A DNA stretch of 32,000 nt from Cuniculiplasma divulgatum (lineage in GTDB: Archaea; Thermoplasmatota; Thermoplasmata; Thermoplasmatales; Thermoplasmataceae): positions 1,350,001-1,382,000 of the forward strand of contig NZ_LT671858.1 in NCBI RefSeq assembly GCF_900083515.1, given 5' to 3'. Both the position numbers and the translations under genes were made by a program. Every line of letters starts with the position of its first letter. The stretch's first letter is position 1. Below, piece by piece: positions 8,766-17,251 of the stretch. A model generated the notes under the pieces. The model saw only the letters and a list, made by a program, of their open reading frames with translations. It had not been told where the DNA came from and did not search any database.

Positions 8766-9698
8766 ATGCAAGAAATTGTAACTACTGAATTGAGAGAACA
8801 TCTCAAAGGTGAGAGATTAAAAATAGCCCTTGAAGTAAACACGTTAATAAGGAGAAAAATGTCAGATATTTTGGTTAAACATGGATTCCTTGAGATTCCA
8901 CCTGTGATATTTTCCTCTGTAACGGACCCACTGAACCACCCAGTATATGATCCTACCTTTGAGTACGAGGGATCACGGTATTCACTTACAAAAAGTATGA
9001 TCTTCCATAAACAGATGATTGTGCAGGAAATACCAAAAATATATACGTTTTCACCAAATGTAAGGCTTGAAACAGCAGATAAGGCAAAAAGCGGCAGGCA
9101 TCTTCTGGAATTTACTCAACTTGATCTGGAAATGCTAAACGCATCAAGGGAAGATGCAATGAAACTTGGAGAGGAGCTCATAAAGGGGGCCATTGAAGAG
9201 GTCGTCAAGAAGCTTCCTGATAAGCTTGCTATTCTAAACAGAAAGCTGCGTGTTCCAGAGACTCCTTTCAAGACTTACAGGTATACCGAAGCAAAGGAAA
9301 AATACGGTGATGACTTTGAACAGAAACTATCAGAACTGGAAGTTGATCCATTCTGGATAATAGATATTCCACTTAAGGAAAGAGAGTTTTATGACAGGGA
9401 GAAGGATGATGAAAAAGGGATTCTGAGAGATATGGACCTTATGTATCCTGAGGGGTTCAACGAAGCTATTTCAGGAGGAGAAAGGGAATATGAGATTGAG
9501 AGAATAAAGGAAAGGGTTCTGGCCAAGGGACAGACATTTGAGCAGTTCAAGTGGTTCCTTGATTATGCTGAGGAAGGTTTGCAACTTTCATCGGGTTTTG
9601 GCATAGGTATTGAGAGACTTGTCAGGTACATATGTGGATTTAAACGAATTGAGGATGTGCACCCATTCCCTAAAACACCGGGTAAATTCTCAATTTAA
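8766..9698 (+). CDS. Archaeal asparagine synthetase A-type enzyme (AsnRS/AspRS catalytic-core paralogue lacking the anticodon-binding domain)
   Basis: Class II aaRS motifs are present: motif 1-like 'HGFLEIPPVIF', motif 2 'FSPNVRLE...GRHLLEFTQLDLEM' and motif 3 'GFGIGIERLVRYICG'. There is no OB-fold N-domain. 'FWIIDIP..REFYDRE' resembles the Pyrococcus-type AsnA. The ORF track starts at 8688, but the first 26 codons are Y/N/C/M-rich AT-rich sequence. A TTATAT element at 8738-8743 lies about 25 nt upstream of the ATG at 8766, which fits a leaderless start. Confidence 0.75.
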   Translation: MQEIVTTELREHLKGERLKIALEVNTLIRRKMSDILVKHGFLEIPPVIFSSVTDPLNHPVYDPTFEYEGSRYSLTKSMIFHKQMIVQEIPKIYTFSPNVRLETADKAKSGRHLLEFTQLDLEMLNASREDAMKLGEELIKGAIEEVVKKLPDKLAILNRKLRVPETPFKTYRYTEAKEKYGDDFEQKLSELEVDPFWIIDIPLKEREFYDREKDDEKGILRDMDLMYPEGFNEAISGGEREYEIERIKERVLAKGQTFEQFKWFLDYAEEGLQLSSGFGIGIERLVRYICGFKRIEDVHPFPKTPGKFSI

Positions 9699-9743
9699 AA
9701 TCACCTGAATTTAGGCCTTATCATTTATTTTAAAGATGAAAAA

Positions 9744-11531
9744 TTACGACTGGAGCGAATAGGTTATTGTTTTTCCTGATTTCATTGCCTTTTCCAGATT
9801 GATTCCTGCTTCGCTATCAACCTTTATTCGAATTATTCCCTTGCTGGAAGTTCTTCCCTGTATTGCCATTACATCATCAACATATATGTTTACGAGGCTG
9901 TTTTTCTCATTGCAATGCAGGTAGATTATCCTGTTCTTCACCTCCACAGCAACAGATCTTCTTGCCCTATCTTCCTCTGAAACCACATCTATTGATACCC
10001 CAAGACTTTTTTCAAGCTCGCTTATATTTGCGCCTTTTCTACCGAGCAGTTTGGGGCGCAGAGACTCAGGAATGGTAACCTTATATTTTCTCTTTCCTTT
10101 CGGAGATACAACAACCTGATCATATCCCAGATATTCCGAAATCGTTGACCTGACCAGTTCAGTTTTAGCCTCATTGATCTGTGATGTACCTTCATTTTCT
10201 TCAATTGGAACCACAACTATTTGCTCTCCAAAGGAATAGATTTCATAAAGTTCCTCTCTGGTCAGGGTGTCCTTTACCTGAATCACAGGTCTAGAGAGAT
10301 CTTCCTGTACCATTCCGTAGGGCACCTTTACTGTGTGCGAAATGGACAGGTATTTTGATATCTTCCCATTCTTCACGAACAGTATTGTATCTATCACCTG
10401 AGGTATAAGCCCAAGTTCTATACGACCAATGAATCTATGCAGTGCATCTACTGGCTTTGTTGCATGAACAACGCCTATCATTCCCACTCCAGCCATTCGA
10501 AGATCTGAAAATACCTTGAAATCTGATGTGACCCTCATCTCATCGAAAACAGTATAATCGTTTCTGACAAGAAGTAAAATATTTCCCGTCTGCTCCATAG
10601 AACCTTCAAGGGACGTGTACTGGGTGATCTCCTTATTCACCTGAAGATCTCTTGGTTTTTCCATAGTTTTTACTATCATTCCCTGATCGTTAAGATGATC
10701 CGCCAGTGCCTGTACAAATGTACTTTTACCTGCCCCAGGGCTACCGGCAACCAGAATTCCGGCTGAACCAGAGGTTATATGATTCATAATTTCCTCTGGA
10801 ATTTCATAGTAGGCAAGTTCTTTCTTGATGACTGGTCTTACAGCAGTTATTTCAGCGGTACTGGAAAATGGAGGTCTTGCTATTACGATTCTGTAGACGT
10901 TGAGCTGAAGTACTGTGGCTCCAGCCATATCCATCTCCACGAATGAGTCTTTTTCGTTTCCAGCTCTCTTTATCAGATTATTTATAAGTGCATCTACCTC
11001 AGAACTTTTTAGGAAATGATCGGTTCGTACAGTTTCAACACTACCCGGAACTCCTTTCTTTACCTTAACATAGGTATCTGCTTTAATATGAACTGAAATG
11101 GTTTCATTATCAAAAAATTCCTCGAGTTTAACAGATATCTTATCATCCGGTTCCAGATACTGGCACTGTATACCCTTGAGAACTGCTATGTTCTTCTGTA
11201 CGATGTCGCCAGTTACAAGAATTCCGTTGAGATCCATGGCCTCACTTCTTATTATTTCATCAATTTCCCCGTTATGTCCGTTTATTTTCTGCCACTGTGT
11301 TGGGCGCTTACCAAAAAATTCGATAATTATGCCTTTCTTTGCGCATATTTCCTTGACCTTTTTCAATTCGTCAAGGGCTGCAAATCCTATGGATCTACTC
11401 TGATTGGCCTGGTGCTCAACTTCCGCAATAAGTGCTTCGCTGATAATGACCCTTGAATCACTCTTTATCTTTGCTATGTATTTTGTAAATCTTCCATCTA
11501 CTATGACAGATGTGTCTGGGATATAATCCAC
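9744..11531 (-). CDS. PIN domain / PilT-type P-loop ATPase / KH domain protein (COG1855-like)
   Basis: 595 aa with a GTG start. The N-terminal PIN-like region is 'IPDTSVIVDGRF', Walker A is 'GSPGAGKST', and the C-terminal KH-like region is 'LLGRKGANISELEKSLGVSIDVV'. Confidence 0.75.
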   Translation of the reverse strand: MDYIPDTSVIVDGRFTKYIAKIKSDSRVIISEALIAEVEHQANQSRSIGFAALDELKKVKEICAKKGIIIEFFGKRPTQWQKINGHNGEIDEIIRSEAMDLNGILVTGDIVQKNIAVLKGIQCQYLEPDDKISVKLEEFFDNETISVHIKADTYVKVKKGVPGSVETVRTDHFLKSSEVDALINNLIKRAGNEKDSFVEMDMAGATVLQLNVYRIVIARPPFSSTAEITAVRPVIKKELAYYEIPEEIMNHITSGSAGILVAGSPGAGKSTFVQALADHLNDQGMIVKTMEKPRDLQVNKEITQYTSLEGSMEQTGNILLLVRNDYTVFDEMRVTSDFKVFSDLRMAGVGMIGVVHATKPVDALHRFIGRIELGLIPQVIDTILFVKNGKISKYLSISHTVKVPYGMVQEDLSRPVIQVKDTLTREELYEIYSFGEQIVVVPIEENEGTSQINEAKTELVRSTISEYLGYDQVVVSPKGKRKYKVTIPESLRPKLLGRKGANISELEKSLGVSIDVVSEEDRARRSVAVEVKNRIIYLHCNEKNSLVNIYVDDVMAIQGRTSSKGIIRIKVDSEAGINLEKAMKSGKTITYSLQS

Positions 11532-11557
11532 ATATGGTTAATCCTTAAGATTATTTA

Positions 11558-12292
11558 TTGATTATGATATCGGATTTCATGGGGTCAGAAAATTTTTCTG
11601 CTCGTCTAATCGGGATGCTGAAGGACCAGGATGAATTAATAGGAGACTCCGCTTTTGCCCTGTCTGGCGGGATAGACAGCTCACTTCTTTTTTCAGTTCT
11701 TGGTAAGGGAAAACATGCCTATTGTGTAGGTGTAAAGGGATCGCAGGACTTTGTATACGCTGAAGGACTGTGTATAACATTAAAAGCAAACCTTACAAAA
11801 ATATATGTTGAAAACAGTGATGTAATAGAATGCTACAGAATAGTGAAGGGCATTGATCCCAATATTTCATTCCTGGATCTTGGTTTTGAGACCGTCCTGG
11901 CTATCATTCTTTCAAGAATAAGTGAGGAGACACTTGTTACAGGACAGGGGGCCGATGAAATTTTTTATGGATACAAAAAATTTTCAGATGGAAGGGAAGA
12001 AAATAATAAAAGTAGCCTTGATAAATTATATAAGATAACACTTCCCAGAGAAAACAAAATTGCTGAATATTTCGGTAAGAAACTAATAACTCCCTATCTG
12101 GAAAATGGGATTCCAGAATATTTCAGTACCATGGACAGAAAGGTTCATCTTGGTGACGGGAATAATAAACTGATAATAAGAGAAGCAGGAAGGATATCAG
12201 GACTCCCGGAATCCATATACACCAGGGGAAAGAAAGCTGCTCAGTATGGAACAGGCATAAGGAAAGTTCAGGAAAGACTTGGACTTAGATGA
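11558..12292 (+). CDS. PP-loop ATP pyrophosphatase, asparagine synthase B C-terminal-domain type, with no glutaminase domain
   Basis: It has the PP-loop 'SGGIDSS' and the AsnB-type 'TGQGADEIFYGY' motif. At 244 aa there is no N-terminal Ntn (Cys2) glutaminase domain. The track start is TTG at 11558. ATGs at 11564 and 11579 are alternative starts. Confidence 0.7.
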   Translation: MIMISDFMGSENFSARLIGMLKDQDELIGDSAFALSGGIDSSLLFSVLGKGKHAYCVGVKGSQDFVYAEGLCITLKANLTKIYVENSDVIECYRIVKGIDPNISFLDLGFETVLAIILSRISEETLVTGQGADEIFYGYKKFSDGREENNKSSLDKLYKITLPRENKIAEYFGKKLITPYLENGIPEYFSTMDRKVHLGDGNNKLIIREAGRISGLPESIYTRGKKAAQYGTGIRKVQERLGLR

Positions 12293-12367
12293 AGGTGATA
12301 GGAACTGTATAAGTTAAGTGGAAGAAACAGTATTATCCTTCTTCTAGGCCTCAGGGCTCTGTACTCC

Positions 12368-13456
12368 ATGAACTGGTACAATGTATCACCAATGTTATTC
12401 AATATAACCTCCACATATGGTGTAAGTTCAGCACTTTCCGGTCTCATTCTTTCTGCGTTTCTTATAGGTACCGGACTTTTTCAAATTCCATCAGGACTTG
12501 TAGCGTCTAAAATTGGGTCAAAAAACACCGCATTGACAGGTATGGCAATTATGTCTGTAGCCGCCACTACATCACTTATTTCTCCAGACTTCACCGTTTT
12601 CCTTGTAACGAGATTTGTTGTTGGTCTTGGATCTGCATTCTTTTTTTCATCAGGAATTGCAGTTCTCAATGATATAGATGAAAGAAATGTAAGCAGAAAT
12701 ATTGCCGCATTTAACACCGCTTTTTCTGTGGGAGGTGGGTTCGGTGTTGTGGGATTTGCGTACTTTCTCCAGTATACCTCCTGGCAGAACCTACTGGCAG
12801 CCGGAGGTGTGGTAACACTAATTCTCACAGTTGTCTCATTCATCCTTATTCCGGACCTGAGTACAAAGAGTGGTAAAAGGAATGAATTTGGAAAGAATGT
12901 GTATAGAAGGCTCACATCACGCCCATTACTGCTTCTCTCTATGTCTCTGGCTGGCTACTGGGGTTTGAATTTTACTTTCGAAGAATACCTGCAACCCTTC
13001 GCTCAGAATCTTGGTTTCAGCGGGCCTGTATCCGGTTTCATAGGATCACTGTCTCTATTTGCAGGTCTCCTGGGAATGGTTTTATTTGCCTACTTTTCAA
13101 GCAAGAGGGCATCAGTTATACTTCCATCACTTGTCATATTCATTTCTGCAGTTCTGGCGCTCCAGTTCTTTGGACTTTCATACTACCTGTTCCTGACGGC
13201 AGTACTTGGTGGAAGCATAAGCGTCATAATTTTTTCACTTGAATATTCATACGTTGTGAAATTAGAAACCGAAAAACAGTTTGTAGCCCTTGGCATATCA
13301 ATAATGAATGCACTTCAAATTGCAACCGGATCTGTTATTACATTCCTGTTCGGTTATCTGTTCTCTGTGAACGCAGATCTTTCCTGGATAATCCTCGGTA
13401 TAATCGCGCTAATATTCCTTCCACTGGGAGTTTCTGTCATGAAGCAGAGAAGCTAA
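12368..13456 (+). CDS. MFS transporter (N-terminus uncertain)
   Basis: 362 aa with multiple TM segments. The first ATG falls in what looks like the middle of TM1. See the finding on 12302-12367. Confidence 0.75.
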   Translation: MNWYNVSPMLFNITSTYGVSSALSGLILSAFLIGTGLFQIPSGLVASKIGSKNTALTGMAIMSVAATTSLISPDFTVFLVTRFVVGLGSAFFFSSGIAVLNDIDERNVSRNIAAFNTAFSVGGGFGVVGFAYFLQYTSWQNLLAAGGVVTLILTVVSFILIPDLSTKSGKRNEFGKNVYRRLTSRPLLLLSMSLAGYWGLNFTFEEYLQPFAQNLGFSGPVSGFIGSLSLFAGLLGMVLFAYFSSKRASVILPSLVIFISAVLALQFFGLSYYLFLTAVLGGSISVIIFSLEYSYVVKLETEKQFVALGISIMNALQIATGSVITFLFGYLFSVNADLSWIILGIIALIFLPLGVSVMKQRS

Positions 13457-14685
13457 TTATTGTGCTCCCTCATGTTAACTTTCTTCCACAGTGGGATAAA
13501 TGAAAGGAAGAATATGGTGCCTATTATGGTAAAGGGATACCATATCAATCCCAGATCAGCTGAGAATACTGTAAGAAAGAATGTTCCGAGTACAGGTGCA
13601 ATTGGTGTAACCATTCCGGTAAGCACCTGAAATGATGTGAAATACTGTCCCCTTTTATTAACCGGTGCGATCCTGCTTATGACAGTGTTGATTGACGGGG
13701 AAACAATATTTTCACCCATAGTTATTAATATGGTATCCAAAACAAGGAAAATGAATCCCCTGAAGAATGGCAAAAGTGAAAATGAAAAGAGATACACAAT
13801 ATAACCAAGGTTGATCCTGGTGATATCCTCCATCTTACTCAGAAGCCTGTTTACTGGAAGCTGTCCGAGAGTTACAACAACCCCATTAACAGAATAGAGT
13901 AATCCTATATCAAAATCAGACATGTTGTCAAATCCCTTCCAGAAGAACGTGAGCGTTGTTCCCCACTGACCAAGAATCAGGTAAAATAATGAAATAAGAA
14001 TTGCAACAATGAAAAATGGCCTATCCTTGAAAGCCTTGAAGATGTCTGGCTTCATGTTAACCGTATCATCCTTTTCACTCTCCCCTTTTTTCTGCTGCTT
14101 TTTCAGGAATTTTGCATAAATAAACAGTTCTGAGAATGAGAAAACTGTGGTGAGGAGAAATATATAGCCATAACCTATGCCTGCAATAAATCCTCCAATG
14201 GCTGGACCCAGTGAAAACCCCAGGTTCTGAAGGATTCTAACAATGCTGAATGCAGAGTTTCTTTCAGCCACTGATGAATTATCCGAAACTATCACATTGT
14301 CTGCAGCCCCTATTATGTTCATAAGTGGCTCACTAAGGATCAGCACCATGTAAATGAGATAGAGGTTGCTATTTTCGAAAATCAGTAAGGTTAGAGAAAG
14401 AAGGAGTAGACCAAGGAAAATATTTGATACGATAATTACAGATCTGGCACCTCTCTTATCTATGAGACCACCAGCGACCAGTGTTAATGGCAGTGAGGAT
14501 ATAGCCATAAGAAATACTACAAGACCGATTATGATATATGGTACATGCCTGATCTCAAGAAGATAGAGGGGTAGAAAAATCCACATTTGAGATCTGGCAA
14601 ATACTCTTATAAACTGATTTGAGGCTACAACGGCAATACCGTTCCTCCGGAAAATGCTTATAGTATCGTTACCTGATTGTTTCAA
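13453..14685 (-). CDS. MFS transporter
   Basis: 410 aa with a TTG start and about 12 TM segments. It has a 'GGLIDKRGARS' motif-A-like loop and a central hydrophilic loop 'KKQQKKGESEKDD'. Confidence 0.8.
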   Translation of the reverse strand: MKQSGNDTISIFRRNGIAVVASNQFIRVFARSQMWIFLPLYLLEIRHVPYIIIGLVVFLMAISSLPLTLVAGGLIDKRGARSVIIVSNIFLGLLLLSLTLLIFENSNLYLIYMVLILSEPLMNIIGAADNVIVSDNSSVAERNSAFSIVRILQNLGFSLGPAIGGFIAGIGYGYIFLLTTVFSFSELFIYAKFLKKQQKKGESEKDDTVNMKPDIFKAFKDRPFFIVAILISLFYLILGQWGTTLTFFWKGFDNMSDFDIGLLYSVNGVVVTLGQLPVNRLLSKMEDITRINLGYIVYLFSFSLLPFFRGFIFLVLDTILITMGENIVSPSINTVISRIAPVNKRGQYFTSFQVLTGMVTPIAPVLGTFFLTVFSADLGLIWYPFTIIGTIFFLSFIPLWKKVNMREHNN

Positions 14686-14770
14686 TGAATTCTATGCCCC
14701 ATATCAGTGAGGCATATAAGCCTGATTTCAAAGGTAAAAGAATATAATTACTGAACTCAATTTTATTTAC

Positions 14771-15883
14771 TTATCTGATCTCTCTTATGGTGTTTGGAGG
14801 TAAATATGCACATGATGGATCTGATTCGAGAAAATTTCCTGTTTCTATATATGCCCTGGCCCTTGATCCTCCACACACACCATTGAACTCACAGGATGAG
14901 CACTTTCCCAAGAGACGACCAGAATCGCTGATATCCTTTAGAACATGGCTTGTTCTTATGATGTCTATTAGGTTCTGCTCCCTCACATTGCCAATGGACA
15001 GGTTAAATAAACCTGAAACTGAAACATCACCGGTAGAAGAAATAAAGAGTGTCCTGATTCTTCGTCTGGGATTATACTGTTCAGGTATTTCAAGATCAAA
15101 TATATCAAGGCCGGTGAGCTTTCTTGTTTCTACTGCCAGTGCATTCAGTAGTGTACCACCTTCCATATACCCCTTTCTAATGGTCTCTATTTCTATCCTG
15201 CTAATTTGTGGAGCCTCAACAGTTCTTATGGAGAACCCCGCCACCTTTAGCATGTACAGATATTTGAGCACATCTTCCATTTCCTGTGCAGAGATAGGTT
15301 CCTCCCCTATTCCTCGCCCAGTCTTAATGAGAAAGAACAGTTCCCATATGTTTATACCAAGTTCTCTTAATGTGTGAAATATAAAGGGAAGGTCCATTAT
15401 ATTTCTCTCCATTATAGTGGTATTTATCTGCGTCCTGATCCCTTCTGATTTAATTAAGTTGGCCAGTTCTACAGTTTTCCTGAATGAACCTTTCCTGTTT
15501 CTTATGTGATCGTGCGTTGATGGAGTCCCATCCAGAGAAAGAGATATGGAACCTACCCCATACTCTTCCATCTTGAATATCTGATCTACAGTCAAGAAGT
15601 CTCCAGCAGCTGGACTCACGGAAAAACCCAATCTCAACCTTGCAGCGTCCATAAGTATACTTGAGAAATCTGGATGAAGCAATGGATTACCGCCTGTAAA
15701 GATAACGTGTGGTATTCGCTCCATTGATGATGTAAGGTTTTCAAGTAACTTCCTGATTTCATAACCTTTCATCTCATCCGGACTGACTTCGCTAATGGAG
15801 GAGGCCCTGCAGTGTATGCAGGAATAATCGCACGCTTTGGTTAACTCAATAAATAATAGATCCGGTGAATATTCTCGTTCCAT
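14771..15883 (-). CDS. Radical SAM enzyme with C-terminal SPASM/twitch-type Cys cluster (NirJ/AhbD-like)
   Basis: 370 aa. The CX3CX2C motif is 'CDYSCIHC' near the N-terminus. 'TGGNPLL' and 'SLDG...HD..R' are also present. The C-terminal 'CSSCEFNGVCGGSRARAY...DPSCAY' has the SPASM pattern. A TATA-like TTTATTTATA lies about 25-35 nt upstream of the ATG. Confidence 0.8.
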   Translation of the reverse strand: MEREYSPDLLFIELTKACDYSCIHCRASSISEVSPDEMKGYEIRKLLENLTSSMERIPHVIFTGGNPLLHPDFSSILMDAARLRLGFSVSPAAGDFLTVDQIFKMEEYGVGSISLSLDGTPSTHDHIRNRKGSFRKTVELANLIKSEGIRTQINTTIMERNIMDLPFIFHTLRELGINIWELFFLIKTGRGIGEEPISAQEMEDVLKYLYMLKVAGFSIRTVEAPQISRIEIETIRKGYMEGGTLLNALAVETRKLTGLDIFDLEIPEQYNPRRRIRTLFISSTGDVSVSGLFNLSIGNVREQNLIDIIRTSHVLKDISDSGRLLGKCSSCEFNGVCGGSRARAYIETGNFLESDPSCAYLPPNTIREIR

Positions 15884-16029
15884 AATCTCTCTATGAGCCG
15901 TATAAATAAATAGTAATACCCCAACATGTTAAGTTAGATTATTTCCAATAGAGAATATAGAATAGACACAACTCTTTGCATACAGCCATCACATTGTTTA
16001 CTGAGTCTGTTTAATAGATAATAATTTAA

Positions 16030-17232
16030 ATGTCATACACATGTCTTACCATGGATTTGCTGGTGGTTTTCATCACTGGATTTGGTTCAGGTTCCATTAT
16101 TTCATTTATTCTCTTCTACTTATATTTAAAAAGAAAGTCTGGCGTTTCAGTGGATCGTGACTTAATTAAATCAATTTCTGTAGATGTACTGAAAGAGGCC
16201 AGTGAACAGAATATGAAATTAACTGAAAATTTGCTGAAGAGTGTTTCATATAATACTGCGACCATATTTGATGAGAAGAGATCCGAAATAGACTCACTGG
16301 TAGTTCCACTAAGAGATGAGCTTGCAAACTACAGAGAACAGATAGAAAAGATAGAGAATATCAGGAGAGAAGATTACGGAAATATTAGAAATTTTCTCGA
16401 TACGATTGGGGAAACAACAGCAAGGATAAAACAGGAGACCCTTGCTCTTAATCAGATGCTTAAAAATTCTCAATCCAGAGGCAGATGGGGGGAAATAACA
16501 CTCAGGAAAGTAGTGGAGAATGCTGGACTCACAGAGCATATAGACTTTGAAGAGCAGGTACAGGGCACCGGTGGTGAAAGACCAGACATGATAATTCATC
16601 TACCGGGATCTAAGGAAGTTGTTGTGGATTCAAAGGCTCCATATAAGAAATTTATAGAATCGTTTGAAGAAACCGTTCCTGAAAAGAAAGAGGAAATTAT
16701 GAAGGAGTTTGCAACTGACCTGAAAAAACAGATAAAGAATCTGAATTCTAAACAGTATTTTGAGAAGGTAACTGGCTCATTCCAGTTCACTGTCATGTTC
16801 CTGCCCCATGAAAGTATGCTTAATGCAGCCGTTGGAACAGACCCTGAAATTCTTGACTATGCACTCTTGAACAATATAGTTATGGCAACTCCTCTTACAT
16901 TCTTCGCACTCCTAAAAGTAATTCAAATGTCATGGAAAGAAGATTCGATGCTAAAAAATTCTGGAGAATTAATCAAAATCTCTGGTAATATATATGAAAG
17001 AATGGAAGGAATGTATGAACGTATTAATAGAGTTGGAAAAAATATAAATTCTCTTGTAAAAGACTATAATTCACTCATTTCATTTAGTGAAAGCAGGGTC
17101 CTCCCATCTCTAAAGAGAATGAATCAGATAGGGGAGCTTGGGAAAACTGAAACTGTGACAGGAACTGAACTTGAGGAATTAACTAGGGAGCCAATGGAAG
17201 AAAAGTGGAACAAATTTGAAAGAACCGACTGA
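16030..17232 (+). CDS. rmuC: DNA recombination protein RmuC homologue
   Basis: 400 aa with an N-terminal TM helix and a coiled-coil region. 'SRGRWGEITLRKVVENAGLTEHIDFEEQ' and the following 'RPDMIIHLPG.K..VVDSK' are the conserved RmuC nuclease-like core. The alternative ATG at 16051 would fit a leaderless start. Confidence 0.75.
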   Translation: MSYTCLTMDLLVVFITGFGSGSIISFILFYLYLKRKSGVSVDRDLIKSISVDVLKEASEQNMKLTENLLKSVSYNTATIFDEKRSEIDSLVVPLRDELANYREQIEKIENIRREDYGNIRNFLDTIGETTARIKQETLALNQMLKNSQSRGRWGEITLRKVVENAGLTEHIDFEEQVQGTGGERPDMIIHLPGSKEVVVDSKAPYKKFIESFEETVPEKKEEIMKEFATDLKKQIKNLNSKQYFEKVTGSFQFTVMFLPHESMLNAAVGTDPEILDYALLNNIVMATPLTFFALLKVIQMSWKEDSMLKNSGELIKISGNIYERMEGMYERINRVGKNINSLVKDYNSLISFSESRVLPSLKRMNQIGELGKTETVTGTELEELTREPMEEKWNKFERTD

Positions 17233-17240
17233 AATATACA

Positions 17241-17251
17241 TTTTATTTTTT
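17241..17251 (+). terminator. Oligo-T tract (TTTTATTTTTT) 9 nt after the rmuC stop
   Basis: Archaeal intrinsic termination typically uses T-rich tracts, and this one lies immediately downstream of the TGA at 17230-17232. The region is generally AT-rich, so specificity is low. Confidence 0.3.

Noticed and set aside
12481-12915. 144-aa ORF on the minus strand
   Set aside because: It is antisense to an MFS transporter gene with clear TM periodicity and is a shadow ORF. The same reasoning applies to the other track ORFs nested antisense in strong genes: 599-823, 681-953, 2431-2670, 2869-3171, 4637-4837, 9863-10078, 10022-10216, 11098-11403, 11274-11456, 11577-11789, 14366-14566, 16309-16599, 16596-16796, 17728-17943, 18407-18613, 21072-21278, 22053-22265, 22262-22507, 22867-23103, 23687-23977, 25851-26069, 26033-26230, 26354-26599, 28559-28804, 29267-29536, 29891-30088 and 31525-31710.
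14693-14716. Possible hairpin TATGCC-N12-GGCATA between the radical SAM/SPASM gene and the downstream MFS gene
   Set aside because: It has only a 6-bp stem and a 12-nt loop, so it is weak and has no adjacent T-tract on the transcribed strand. That is not enough to call a terminator or attenuator.
14787-15377. 196-aa ORF on the plus strand
   Set aside because: It lies entirely antisense to the well-supported radical SAM/SPASM gene. Its composition is low-complexity S/P/L-rich, typical of shadow ORFs, and it has no motif.
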